Assembly (NCBI GenBank): GCA_024654465.1 | Contig: JANLHC010000135.1 | Span: forward strand, 1 to 26,250 | DNA: 26,250 bases | Source: Candidatus Scalindua sp. | GTDB taxonomy: Bacteria; Planctomycetota; Brocadiia; Brocadiales; Scalinduaceae | Direction of reading: 5' to 3' | Shown here: positions 16,071 to 25,065 of the stretch, piece by piece | Layout of the letters: every line of letters starts with the position of its first letter | Numbering within the stretch: the first letter of the stretch is position 1 | Notes under the pieces: generated by a model | The model's database searches: none | The model's input: the letters and a program-made list of their open reading frames with translations, nothing else | What the model was told of the DNA's origin: nothing | Translations under genes and position numbers: made by a program

Positions 16071-18374
16071 TTATTGAATTTCTCTTACTACGCATGCTTC
16101 TATCAGATCTTCAATCTTATCTTTATTCATCAGGTAGACAAAGTTTGTCTCTGAACCGGTAACATAATAATCATTACCGGCTTCTTTGCCAACCAGCAAT
16201 GAGACCTCACCATCGTCAAAACTAATGGTAATATTGAACTGTGGGTTATCTAATCCATATTTTGATAAATCCTTGTTTGAATACTGTACAATAGACTCAC
16301 CCATCAGTAACTTCATTGAAGAAATGATTCGATCTGCTAAATTCCCACTCAATAGCATGATTTCCGGTTTGATCATTTGCCACACATGTTCTTCATTTTT
16401 CTGAAAAAGCAGCTCATTTTCAGGATGTATTATTTTAATAGACTTCGCATTTGTGGAATCGAAGCTAAACAGTGTCCTTGTGACAAGCTCAATACTGTAA
16501 TCCCTGACGTCAGTCCACCCTACCTGAAAAACCATATCCTGACCATCCACCTTAGCATAGTAGTTAGATTTATCCTTTTCCGGTTCAACTTTATTTCCTA
16601 TCAGGAGCGTTTTTGTTTTCAATTCCTTTGGCTTTACCAAGTCACTCTTCTCACTAATTACTTCATCGCTGTGCGCAGCCATTCCAGATGCTTCGTATGT
16701 TACAGATGCTTTTAACAGAGGCTTGTCAAGCCCATAATCAGCAAGATTTTCTGCTGAAAGAGTCACTATCTTATCAGCCAACAAAAATGATAGATTCCAT
16801 ACCACTTGATTGATGGAGTCCAATTCTGCTTCCATTGTTACAGGACTTACCATATTCCACTTCGGCCTGCGCATAGTAGAATCTTCCGTCGTCTCACATA
16901 TGAGTGTTTTACCATCACGCTCTATGACTATTTTTTGAGCTGTTTCCTTGGGAAATTCCATGACTAATTTATCTCTGAATGCGAGATAACCAGCCTTAGC
17001 AATTTCATAAAAATTTTCCGTTGGAACGGTATATACAGCATCTTCTCCGTCTCGCCTTACATAGCACAGTCCACCATTTTCGTCTGCATTACCTATCAAA
17101 AATTTCACCGTTTCACCTTCGCCGATTCTTCTGAATACTGAAACTTCGATAGGTGAGTCTGCTAATCCGTACTTCTCAAAGTTATCACCACTATCGTCAA
17201 CATACTGCTGTATCTGCAAATCCTTAATTTTTTCCACGAATTCTCTTACCGTATCTCTATCAGCCAGAATTTCTTTTGGCGATTTAATCATCCAGTCATA
17301 TTGCGCTGTCTTTTCCATAACAAGGTGTGCATCAGAAGATTTCAAATCAATTTTTTCTATCCCGTAAGTACCTATTGCATCAAACCTCAATAGCTGTTTG
17401 TCCCGCAAATCGTTCAGTTCCAAATCTAGATCGCGAAGAATAATATCGTGTACTAGAAAAATAGAACTTTCGCCGTCAAGCTTTGCGTAGATCTTTTCAT
17501 CCAGACGGTGACCCAAACGGAGAGTTTGCACATTGTCTGTAGTACCTATACTGATAGTAAATACGGGCTTATCCAGACCGTAGTTGATAATATCTTCTTT
17601 GCTATCAGACACAAAATCCTCTTTTGCAATCTTCAGGTTTTTTAATTCATTGAGAATATCCTGGATTCTTTCAGTATCAGCACGGTCTGAAAGTGGTTGT
17701 GTTATCCACCAGAGTTGCTCCGCCTTAGAACACACCACAGGCTCATTCTCGCCGCTCTCAAGTCTCAATCTTTCTACAGAATGTTTATCATACTCAAATG
17801 CCCATTTATTTCTTAAATCATTGATTTCTTTGTTTACTTTCTCCAGAAATTTAGCGTCAACGACAGAAACATTCTTGTCGTCCCCCACAGTTATATATAC
17901 AGTGTCTTGTCCGGCTGCCAGCCTATCCCCGATACTAACGGTATACTTGGTAACATCTCCGGCAGTTCCACCAACCATTGAACCCTTTTTAAGCCAGAGG
18001 CTAACAACAAGATCTGGGGTTTCAAGGCCATATTCTTTCAAGCTGAAGTTTGCTGTTTCACTTTCTTTAACAACACCGATTTTTCTCAGAAACTCAAATT
18101 GTGCGAGAATTTCTGCCACCTCAGCTTTGTCAGCTCTCAGTTGCAGAGGCTCCACCATCCTCCAGTTCTCATTATCGGTACTTTCAAGGACGATATTAGT
18201 ATCCCCCTTTTTCATTTCAATTTTATTAATCTGGCCTGGTTTGTAATCCGGCAATACCATTTGCTGCCTCTGTACCCATACATCTGTCCTGTATTGTCTT
18301 TTGTCATACAGAAATATGTATGCCGCACCAATGCCTGCAATTATTAAAAGTATTATAGTCGTTCTAAATTTCAT
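16071..18374 (-). CDS. DUF4340-type protein with five tandem domain repeats and an N-terminal membrane anchor
   Basis: The likely start is MKFRTTIILLIIAGIGAAYIF (ATG at 18374, which avoids overlap with the upstream gene). The motif pair W.(M/I)..P...AD......(I/V) followed by YGL(D/E).P occurs five times, with YGL at residues 135/285/422/567/726 of the 787-aa track ORF. Position after a GldG-like gene is typical for DUF4340. Confidence 0.75.
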   Translation of the reverse strand: MKFRTTIILLIIAGIGAAYIFLYDKRQYRTDVWVQRQQMVLPDYKPGQINKIEMKKGDTNIVLESTDNENWRMVEPLQLRADKAEVAEILAQFEFLRKIGVVKESETANFSLKEYGLETPDLVVSLWLKKGSMVGGTAGDVTKYTVSIGDRLAAGQDTVYITVGDDKNVSVVDAKFLEKVNKEINDLRNKWAFEYDKHSVERLRLESGENEPVVCSKAEQLWWITQPLSDRADTERIQDILNELKNLKIAKEDFVSDSKEDIINYGLDKPVFTISIGTTDNVQTLRLGHRLDEKIYAKLDGESSIFLVHDIILRDLDLELNDLRDKQLLRFDAIGTYGIEKIDLKSSDAHLVMEKTAQYDWMIKSPKEILADRDTVREFVEKIKDLQIQQYVDDSGDNFEKYGLADSPIEVSVFRRIGEGETVKFLIGNADENGGLCYVRRDGEDAVYTVPTENFYEIAKAGYLAFRDKLVMEFPKETAQKIVIERDGKTLICETTEDSTMRRPKWNMVSPVTMEAELDSINQVVWNLSFLLADKIVTLSAENLADYGLDKPLLKASVTYEASGMAAHSDEVISEKSDLVKPKELKTKTLLIGNKVEPEKDKSNYYAKVDGQDMVFQVGWTDVRDYSIELVTRTLFSFDSTNAKSIKIIHPENELLFQKNEEHVWQMIKPEIMLLSGNLADRIISSMKLLMGESIVQYSNKDLSKYGLDNPQFNITISFDDGEVSLLVGKEAGNDYYVTGSETNFVYLMNKDKIEDLIEACVVREIQ

Positions 18375-18399
18375 AGTTATATAAAGTCTCCGTTTATTA

Positions 18400-19986
18400 T
18401 TATCTTCTTCTTCTCCACCAGACGTAGCCGCCAATTATTATTCCGATAGAAGGTAGCCCTGCAATAGACAGCCAGAATATTGCAGCTAGTTGTCCAGGCC
18501 TGACAATCGCCCTCCTGACGTCAGGAGCTTTAGCAGATATCCCTAACTCCTTTTCCCTCCGAGCCAGCCAGCTTATAGCATTTAAGACAAGGTCCTGATT
18601 TCCCGGGTTATCAGAAAATGCGTTTGCGGCAAAATCTGTATCACCGAAGACAACAACACGCGGCCCCTTTTTACCAATATCGGCAAAAGCCTGTGTAGCA
18701 TGTGGAGGTGCAGTAGGGTTTGGTTTCGCTTCTCTCAGCTCTGATACCGCTGCTAAGATAATTGGAGAACTAATATCTGAGTCTTCATCATATTTCGGTC
18801 TTTTTTTACCAACTATCTCAGTTTCACCCCAACTTTGGTCGGGAGCTTGTACAATCCCTGTAGCAACGAATGCCATTGTGTCGCTCAAAGGGGCAATGCT
18901 AAGTACGCTTGAACCATAAAAAACTGATGTCAGTTTTTTGATGTCTGCTGTTATCTCATGGTCTAAGTATTTCTTATCACTTATATAAACCTCAACAACC
19001 GTCTGCATACCAAAAAGCGGCATATTCACTTTGTTGTATACAACGGCATCATCCCTGACAACTATACCGTATTCTCCAAGCAATGCACTTAAACCAGGTG
19101 ATTTATTGACGCCTACGGCAGGTTCAAGCATTACGAGTAACTTGCCGTTTTTAAGTTCACCTTTATCGTTTATCAGTCTTGCCGAAGTTCCAACATAGTC
19201 TCGAATATAGTTTGTTTCTTGTGTTGAGAAACTTTTTGTTGGACCGGCAATGAAGAGTATGTCGCAATTTTCAGGAACTCGCTTCTGTTGTAATAAATCA
19301 AGTGGCAGAACGTTGTAATTAGCACGTTTGATAGCGCTTGCCAATTTTCCTAAGCCCGCACGTTCAAAATCCTCGTAATCTCTCTCTCCATGTCCTTTGG
19401 TAAAGTAAACGTTTGTCTGTTTTTCCCGTGTTACATTTAAAACTGCTGACGTAAAGATCTCTTCGCCCTTGAATTTGAAAGGAAATTCTCTTTCGATTAC
19501 CTCTGATTGTTGTACATGTTTACTTTTATCTCCACAAGTGAAGATTATAGAATTGATTTGCAATTGCTCCAGATCCATCTTGAGCTTCTCTGCCAGCTCA
19601 GTTATTTTAGTACGATCGGTCAACGGGTTCAGGAGAGTAACCGTTATCTTGTCTGATAGATACTTATATTCTTCAAGTATATCTATGACCTGCCCGTAAA
19701 AACGGTAATCCTGTTTTTTTACCAGAAGTGAGGTAATAAAAACAGGTTGATCAAGATTTTTCAGAATTTTCTTTGTTTTAGCACTTAGTGAGTATTTTCC
19801 AGACGCAGTAAAGTCACAACGGTAGTAATGTCTATCGTTAATATAGCTGACAAAGACAAAGATCGCGATAGCGATAAGTATCATAAAAATCACATTAGCC
19901 CCGATCAGGGTTTTTTGTTTTTTTATATTTTGTGGATTCTCTGGTGTTATTACTTCTTTATTATTCAATGACTTTCCTACCTCCAT
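18400..19986 (-). CDS. GldG-like auxiliary component of an ABC-2 transport system
   Basis: N- and C-terminal TM anchors flank a large periplasmic domain, ending ...GGYVWWRRRR. The gene overlaps the upstream permease gene by 10 nt. The order ATPase-permease-GldG is conserved. Confidence 0.75.
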   Translation of the reverse strand: MEVGKSLNNKEVITPENPQNIKKQKTLIGANVIFMILIAIAIFVFVSYINDRHYYRCDFTASGKYSLSAKTKKILKNLDQPVFITSLLVKKQDYRFYGQVIDILEEYKYLSDKITVTLLNPLTDRTKITELAEKLKMDLEQLQINSIIFTCGDKSKHVQQSEVIEREFPFKFKGEEIFTSAVLNVTREKQTNVYFTKGHGERDYEDFERAGLGKLASAIKRANYNVLPLDLLQQKRVPENCDILFIAGPTKSFSTQETNYIRDYVGTSARLINDKGELKNGKLLVMLEPAVGVNKSPGLSALLGEYGIVVRDDAVVYNKVNMPLFGMQTVVEVYISDKKYLDHEITADIKKLTSVFYGSSVLSIAPLSDTMAFVATGIVQAPDQSWGETEIVGKKRPKYDEDSDISSPIILAAVSELREAKPNPTAPPHATQAFADIGKKGPRVVVFGDTDFAANAFSDNPGNQDLVLNAISWLARREKELGISAKAPDVRRAIVRPGQLAAIFWLSIAGLPSIGIIIGGYVWWRRRR

Positions 19987-20687
19987 TTTCTACTCTCAAC
20001 ATTTCGTACTGTTATAAACAAAAGTAATGCCGTAAAACTCAGATAGTAAATTACATCCCTGGTATCCACAATGCCTTTTGTAAAAGATGACCAATGGTCA
20101 TAAGTCCCAATATACCGTAGTGATTCGTAAAACCAACCATCACCGTACGTACTTAGAAAACCAACTACCCATAGAATTATTAATGCAACTATTCCGATCA
20201 CGGCAGCAACAACTTGATTCTTAGTTAACGATGACACAAGCAAACCGATAGATACAAATAGTCCACCCATAAGTATTAGTCCAATATAACTGGAAAAAAT
20301 TGGCCCGAAGTCCGGATTCCCGAAAATACTCAGAAATAATACATATATCCATGTCGGAAGGATCATTACAGTATACAGGCTTAAGGCGGCAAGAAATTTA
20401 CCAAATACTACATCAAAATCTGTTACCGGAGAAGTCATGAGTGTTTCCATCGTCCCGGACTTTGACTCATCTGCAAAAAGCTTCATGGTGATCACGGGCG
20501 TAAGCAACAGAAGGAAAAATTGAATTGAGTCCAGGCTTCCCTTAAGGGAAGCTTCCTGCCAGAACTGCAGATTGCCTGCAAAAAAGAAACCGGATGCAAT
20601 AAGGAATACAGAAATCACAACGTATGCAATTGGTGAATAAAAGTAGGACAAGATTTCTCGTTGAAATATAGTAGTTACGTTACGCAC
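19977..20687 (-). CDS. ABC-2 family permease (GldF-like)
   Basis: 236 aa with about 6 hydrophobic helices. It overlaps the ATPase gene by 8 nt. Confidence 0.8.
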   Translation of the reverse strand: MRNVTTIFQREILSYFYSPIAYVVISVFLIASGFFFAGNLQFWQEASLKGSLDSIQFFLLLLTPVITMKLFADESKSGTMETLMTSPVTDFDVVFGKFLAALSLYTVMILPTWIYVLFLSIFGNPDFGPIFSSYIGLILMGGLFVSIGLLVSSLTKNQVVAAVIGIVALIILWVVGFLSTYGDGWFYESLRYIGTYDHWSSFTKGIVDTRDVIYYLSFTALLLFITVRNVESRKWR

Positions 20688-21633
20688 TGGCTGTTTCTTC
20701 CTCCGTTTCCTTGGTAGTGACCTGATGAAAAATTTCCTCTAAGGTAATCGTCTGTCGTTTCATTTCTCGCAGTATATAATTATCTTTTACAATGCAATTA
20801 AAAACATCTTCCCTTATATCTTTTTCACCATTTCCATTTATATAAAACTCATTTGCGTCGTCCTTTTTTCTATATGTCACAGATTGGACGGTGTCAACGC
20901 GGGACAAGCTGTTTTTTATTTTTTCTCCATCTCCCTTTATCTCTAAAACCAGGTTTGAACCCGTTTTCAACTGTCTCATGAGATTTGCAGGTGTATCCAT
21001 TGCCACTATCTTACCCTTATTAATTATCATAACTCTATCACAGACCATTTCAACTTCAGGAAGAATATGTGTTGACAGCAATACTGTATGCTTCTGTCCC
21101 AGGCCCTTAATAACACCCCTGATCTGCCGGATCTGATTAGGATCAAGCCCAATTGTAGGCTCGTCGAGAATTAAAACTTTCGGATCATGGACTAACGTAT
21201 CCGCAAGGCCCACTCTCTGCTTATACCCTTTTGACAAAGTGCCTATGATCTGATTTTGCACATCTGTTATTCCTGTCATTTCGAGACAATATTCTATCTT
21301 TTTCCTTCTTTCTCTTCTGGGTATATTTTTTAGTTTTGCGCGAAACATCAGATACTCTTTCGCTCTCATGTCCAGATAAAGAGGGACATTCTCAGGTAAA
21401 TATCCAATCTCCTGGCGTACGTTTAGCGAATCGGTAAATACGTCATAACCGGCTACAGTTGCAGAACCGGCAGTCGCAGGCATAAAGCAGGTTAATATTC
21501 GCATAGTAGTCGTTTTACCGGCCCCATTTGGGCCAAGCAGACCGACTATTTCGTTTTCTTCCACATCGAAAGAAATATTGTCCACTGCGTTGACATTTAC
21601 ATATCGCTTCACTAAATTCTTGACTTTAATCAT
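20680..21633 (-). CDS. ABC transporter ATP-binding protein (GldA/CcmA-like)
   Basis: Walker A GPNGAGKTTT, signature LSKGYKQRVGLA, Walker B LILDEPTIGLD and the H-loop STHIL. Confidence 0.93.
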   Translation of the reverse strand: MIKVKNLVKRYVNVNAVDNISFDVEENEIVGLLGPNGAGKTTTMRILTCFMPATAGSATVAGYDVFTDSLNVRQEIGYLPENVPLYLDMRAKEYLMFRAKLKNIPRRERRKKIEYCLEMTGITDVQNQIIGTLSKGYKQRVGLADTLVHDPKVLILDEPTIGLDPNQIRQIRGVIKGLGQKHTVLLSTHILPEVEMVCDRVMIINKGKIVAMDTPANLMRQLKTGSNLVLEIKGDGEKIKNSLSRVDTVQSVTYRKKDDANEFYINGNGEKDIREDVFNCIVKDNYILREMKRQTITLEEIFHQVTTKETEEETASA

Positions 21634-21711
21634 AATGGGGAGTCTCCAGACTATACTATTAAATTTGACAAGCTTTTTGTTCTTAACAATACTATGAGAA
21701 AATAAGTTCCC

Positions 21712-21915
21712 TTATTTTCCTTCTGTTACAACATCCCCAGTAATGTTAAGCTTACCGCTCGCAAATTCTTCAAATGCAGCTTGAACGGGGTCACTCGTAT
21801 CCGCCCCAATAAGAGACGGTGCACCATCCATCAATTCTCTAGCTCTCTTGATTAAGATGGTAGTCATGCGGAAGGTTCCATAGTCTTCTGTAGGTTTATC
21901 TAAGTTATTGGTCAT
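21712..21915 (-). CDS. rpoZ: DNA-directed RNA polymerase omega subunit (start probably Met26 of the track ORF)
   Basis: FRMTTILIKRARELMDGAPSLI......DPVQAAFEEFASGKLNI matches the RpoZ core pattern (nRF.L..l..kRAreL..Ga..lv....p...Al.Ei..Gki). The upstream 25 codons (to 21990) are Asn/Lys-rich and probably untranslated. Confidence 0.6.
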   Translation of the reverse strand: MTNNLDKPTEDYGTFRMTTILIKRARELMDGAPSLIGADTSDPVQAAFEEFASGKLNITGDVVTEGK

Positions 21916-22045
21916 GTTGTAGAAATGTAGAAAATTATTAAAACCATTATTTTTACCATGTTTTTTGTTTTCGTCAAGAAAAAACTTCATACATTTTAAT
22001 TTAAATGTCCCAGTACAGGTTTTATTGATTTATATACTTAATAAC

Positions 22046-22074
22046 TTGACTTTGCAAATTTCCGGAAGTATTTT
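22046..22074 (+). promoter_or_regulatory. Candidate promoter for the cNMP/PqqD/kinase/NTase operon
   Basis: TTGACT (22046-22051), a 17-nt spacer, then TATTTT (22069-22074). Confidence 0.3.
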
Positions 22075-22202
22075 ATGTGGACTATAACTAAGTCAATCAG
22101 GTGGCGTTGCGTATTTTTTCAGTTGGCGATATATGATAGAAACGTAATAGCTAATATAGATAGTAAGGCCAGAATAATTGAATCTAAAATGGAGGGGTTG
22201 AT

Positions 22203-22610
22203 ATGGGTTTAGCTGGTTCCGCGTTCAAAGATGTTGGAAAAGAATTTCCGAAAGGTACTATATTATTTAAAGAAGGTGAAGAAGGTAAAGAAATGTTCCT
22301 GATTAATTCAGGTGAAGTTAAGCTGAGCAGGAAAACTCCGCATGGAGATGTGATTTTAGCAAAATTAGGCTTTGGAGAATTCTTCGGAGAAATGTCCGTC
22401 ATTACAAACAAACCAAGGACTGTTTCGGCTGAAACAGTAACTGATTGTCGACTGAATATCATAACAAAGGATATCTTGGAAACATTAGTGGCTGGTAAGC
22501 CTTTAGTGGCATTGAGCATTCTAAAAAAGCTGATGTTTAGACTGGAACATGCGTACGACCTTATTGAAGATCTTTACGTCAAACACATTAAACAAGATAA
22601 GGAAAAGTAG
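22203..22610 (+). CDS. Stand-alone cyclic-nucleotide-binding (CAP/Crp effector) domain protein, no output domain
   Basis: FKEGEEGKEMFLINSGEVKL......G..ILAKLGFGEFFGEMSVITNKPRTVSAETVTDC is the beta-roll cNMP-binding motif. At 135 aa there is no room for an HTH domain. RBS GGAGGGG. Confidence 0.85.
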   Translation: MGLAGSAFKDVGKEFPKGTILFKEGEEGKEMFLINSGEVKLSRKTPHGDVILAKLGFGEFFGEMSVITNKPRTVSAETVTDCRLNIITKDILETLVAGKPLVALSILKKLMFRLEHAYDLIEDLYVKHIKQDKEK

Positions 22611-22622
22611 CATATCTCAAAA

Positions 22623-22898
22623 ATGGAGATCAATGAAAACTTTGTACCAGTGACGAAGGGATGCGTTGAACTTGAGGAACTTGATGATGGCTGCATACTT
22701 TATGATACAGAGAAAGACGATGTGCACAGCTTAAATAGCACCGCAGCTACTGTCTGGATATGCTGTGATGGAAAGCATTCAATAGAGGAAATAGTGAACG
22801 TTGTAGAAAAAAGTTTCAAATCTGAAAGTAAGCCAGTTCTGAGAGACATAATAAAAATCATCAAAGATTTCTCAAAAAAAAAGCTTTTAACTCAATAA
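22623..22898 (+). CDS. PqqD-family protein (RiPP recognition element / peptide chaperone)
   Basis: ELDDGCILYDTEKDDVHSLNSTAATVWICCDGKHSIEEIVNVVEKSF....PVLRDIIKIIKDFSKKKLL follows the PqqD pattern (L.g....d.....h.LN.ta..iW...dG..t..ei...l). Confidence 0.8.
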   Translation: MEINENFVPVTKGCVELEELDDGCILYDTEKDDVHSLNSTAATVWICCDGKHSIEEIVNVVEKSFKSESKPVLRDIIKIIKDFSKKKLLTQ

Positions 22899-22946
22899 GC
22901 CTTGTGCCATCCCGGTATAAGGCCTTTTTATTGCATCCAGATTGTT

Positions 22947-23780
22947 ATGTATCTATTACATTACAAGCTCCAATCGCATCGGTTTACTATTCAGACAGGA
23001 AACAAAAAACTGGCAGACCTATGTTCTCATCTCTATCCAAACTCCAGGTCTAAGCGCCACGGATCCGCTCATGTTTTTTATTCACTGAAGATAGGAAACG
23101 ATAACGCTACCGGTACGGTTTATGAGATCCTTGTAAACGGCAAAAAAAAATATCAAACGAATATTAAATCAGAAATATTTTCCTCGCTCGAATGGATGAT
23201 TACATGCAACGCATTATCACATCTACACGAGTTCTTCCAATTGCACGCAGGAGCTGTCATAAAGGAAGGAAAGATTATACTTCTGCCTGCCAACCATGGC
23301 CAGGGAAAGACAACCCTGACGTTAAATCTTACCAGAAATCATTATCGTTGCCTTTCCGATGATATTGTCTTAATAGAGCCGGAAACAACCGGGATTATCC
23401 CTTTCCCACGAAGTTTTTTAATAAAAGACAAATCAATCAAAAATATGGCTGAATCTCATTTAATAGATAAAAAAAACGGGTACTATTGTAAATCAGAAGA
23501 CATTTTATACTATAATCCTTATTCCACGAACAAATCACCTATTAGAAATACAAAACCGCATACTATAATCGAATTAAAACACAGCCGTCGTTTTAAAAAT
23601 GAACTGAGACCGGTCAGCAAATCACAGATGTGTATTAAGCTATTGAAGCAGTCGTTTAACATTCACAACTACAAGCGGAATGGAGTCACGATACTGACAA
23701 GGCTGGTCAGAAATAGTAAGTGCTATTCTTTAAAGACAAACAACGTTACAGATGCCGTTCGCCTGGTGTCTCAAATATGA
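22947..23780 (+). CDS. HPr-kinase-related P-loop protein (HprK C-terminal-domain-like putative peptide kinase)
   Basis: LHAGAVIKEGKIILLPANHGQGKTTLTLNL...CLSDDIVLIE....IIPFPRS, with P-loop codons at 23298-23315. This resembles the HprK-related proteins that co-occur with PqqD-like genes. The start is taken at MYLLHYKLQSHRF (22947); the track start at 22902 is non-ATG. Confidence 0.7.
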   Translation: MYLLHYKLQSHRFTIQTGNKKLADLCSHLYPNSRSKRHGSAHVFYSLKIGNDNATGTVYEILVNGKKKYQTNIKSEIFSSLEWMITCNALSHLHEFFQLHAGAVIKEGKIILLPANHGQGKTTLTLNLTRNHYRCLSDDIVLIEPETTGIIPFPRSFLIKDKSIKNMAESHLIDKKNGYYCKSEDILYYNPYSTNKSPIRNTKPHTIIELKHSRRFKNELRPVSKSQMCIKLLKQSFNIHNYKRNGVTILTRLVRNSKCYSLKTNNVTDAVRLVSQI

Positions 23781-24973
23781 ACGAACCAACTATTAAAAGA
23801 TATATTGCCAGGCTCCTGAACCTTAAAAAAGGAGAAGAAGGTGTTGATAGAATATGGAATAAATTAGAATCAACAGGATGGGATGATGTTATAAATATCG
23901 CTCAAGAATATCGTGTAATGACATTTTTGTTTTATAAAATAAAACATCTCGGACTGGAAGAAAAACTAAAACCCGAAACCCTCCGAATTATGTCAATCAT
24001 ATATCAAAAGGGAGTGGCGCGGAATGTTGTTACCAGGCATGTGCTAAAGGATATAATCCGTTCATTGAATCAATGCGGCATAAAAGCCATCATACTAAAG
24101 GGTGCAATAAATTTTTGTGAGAATATTTATGAAAACTGGAATTTAAGATCAATGGAAGATCTGGATATTCTAATTAAGGAAGAAGATTTCCCTGTCGCAA
24201 GACAATGTATGCAGACTGCGGGGCTAAGTTATATAGGAGGCCAAATCCCTCGCGATCTCAGCGAAGATTTTGAAGGCAGGGATATAGCCATCGACATGCA
24301 CTATCTGCCGGTTCCTGAAAAGCACATCGACCTGTTTGATATGGATTCTTTCTGGTCAAACACAATATGCGTAGAGATGGATGGCCTTAAAACACATATT
24401 CCCAGCCCGACAGATCAAATATACCATAAGTTTGTTCACGACGTAATACGGCACCAGGAATTAGTAAATTTCCGGATTCAGGATTTGTGTGATTTTGTAA
24501 TGACCTCCCGATATTATAAAGAAAGGATAGACTGGGAAGAGATATTGCGCAGAGTCAGGAAAAATGATATTGAATCTTTATTTAAGTTTCACTGTTGGCA
24601 GATCAAGAGAAATCTCGGAGCAGAGCTACCACCACTAATAAACAGCCTGAGTGATAATAGTAATAAGTACTACAACAAATGCTACAACCAACTAAGTGAA
24701 TGCCCTGAATGGCTTGAATCTGCAAGCGAACGTCTCATGGCAATCCGGGTCAAGAGTGGAAATTTTTCTGCTCACCTTAAGAACTCATTTAATGTGCTGG
24801 TGAAAGAGTCAGCCCTGAAAGAATCAAGAGAGCTCCTGCTCTCTCTCTATCACATAAAGGACGGAAAACTCCTGTTACCATTCATCCGCACAATACACCT
24901 GTCCAGAATCCTCTTCCTGCACATTATGATTACCGCCTATCTCGCCAAACGACGATTGAGTACACCAAAATAA
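23777..24973 (+). CDS. Uncharacterised nucleotidyltransferase family protein (PF14907-like)
   Basis: IILKGAIN...WNLRSMEDLDILIKEEDF carries the polymerase-beta-type (h)GD.D motif, at about 400 aa. The ATGA start/stop overlap with the kinase-like gene (23777-23780) points to MNEPTIKRYI as the start. Confidence 0.7.
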   Translation: MNEPTIKRYIARLLNLKKGEEGVDRIWNKLESTGWDDVINIAQEYRVMTFLFYKIKHLGLEEKLKPETLRIMSIIYQKGVARNVVTRHVLKDIIRSLNQCGIKAIILKGAINFCENIYENWNLRSMEDLDILIKEEDFPVARQCMQTAGLSYIGGQIPRDLSEDFEGRDIAIDMHYLPVPEKHIDLFDMDSFWSNTICVEMDGLKTHIPSPTDQIYHKFVHDVIRHQELVNFRIQDLCDFVMTSRYYKERIDWEEILRRVRKNDIESLFKFHCWQIKRNLGAELPPLINSLSDNSNKYYNKCYNQLSECPEWLESASERLMAIRVKSGNFSAHLKNSFNVLVKESALKESRELLLSLYHIKDGKLLLPFIRTIHLSRILFLHIMITAYLAKRRLSTPK

Positions 24974-25065
24974 ACCGTATATCTTATTGAAGAAATTATG
25001 TATAGTCTTTCCTTAATTTATTGCTTATATTAGTAGCTCCATAATCTACACTTAAACTAAAAAAA

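Noticed and set aside
18375-18434. N-terminal extension MAATSGGEEEDNNKRRLYIT of the DUF4340 ORF; similar extensions occur at 2285-2335, 3285-3434, 21916-21990, 22902-22946 and 23720-23776
   Set aside because: Internal ATGs give family-typical N-termini (membrane anchor, ATGA/TAATG coupling, RBS). The extensions overlap upstream genes or lack counterparts in paralogues.
22075-22212. 45-aa ORF in the leader of the cNMP/PqqD operon, considered as a candidate RiPP precursor
   Set aside because: It starts immediately after the candidate -10 box, has no RBS and runs into the start of the next gene. Its sequence has no leader/core character (no Gly-rich or Cys/Ser/Thr-rich core).
22203-24973. Calling the PqqD/kinase/NTase genes a lasso-peptide biosynthetic cluster
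   Set aside because: No precursor, Asn-synthetase-like cyclase or transglutaminase-like leader protease is present in the window. Only the accessory-type genes are there, so the specific RiPP class cannot be claimed.
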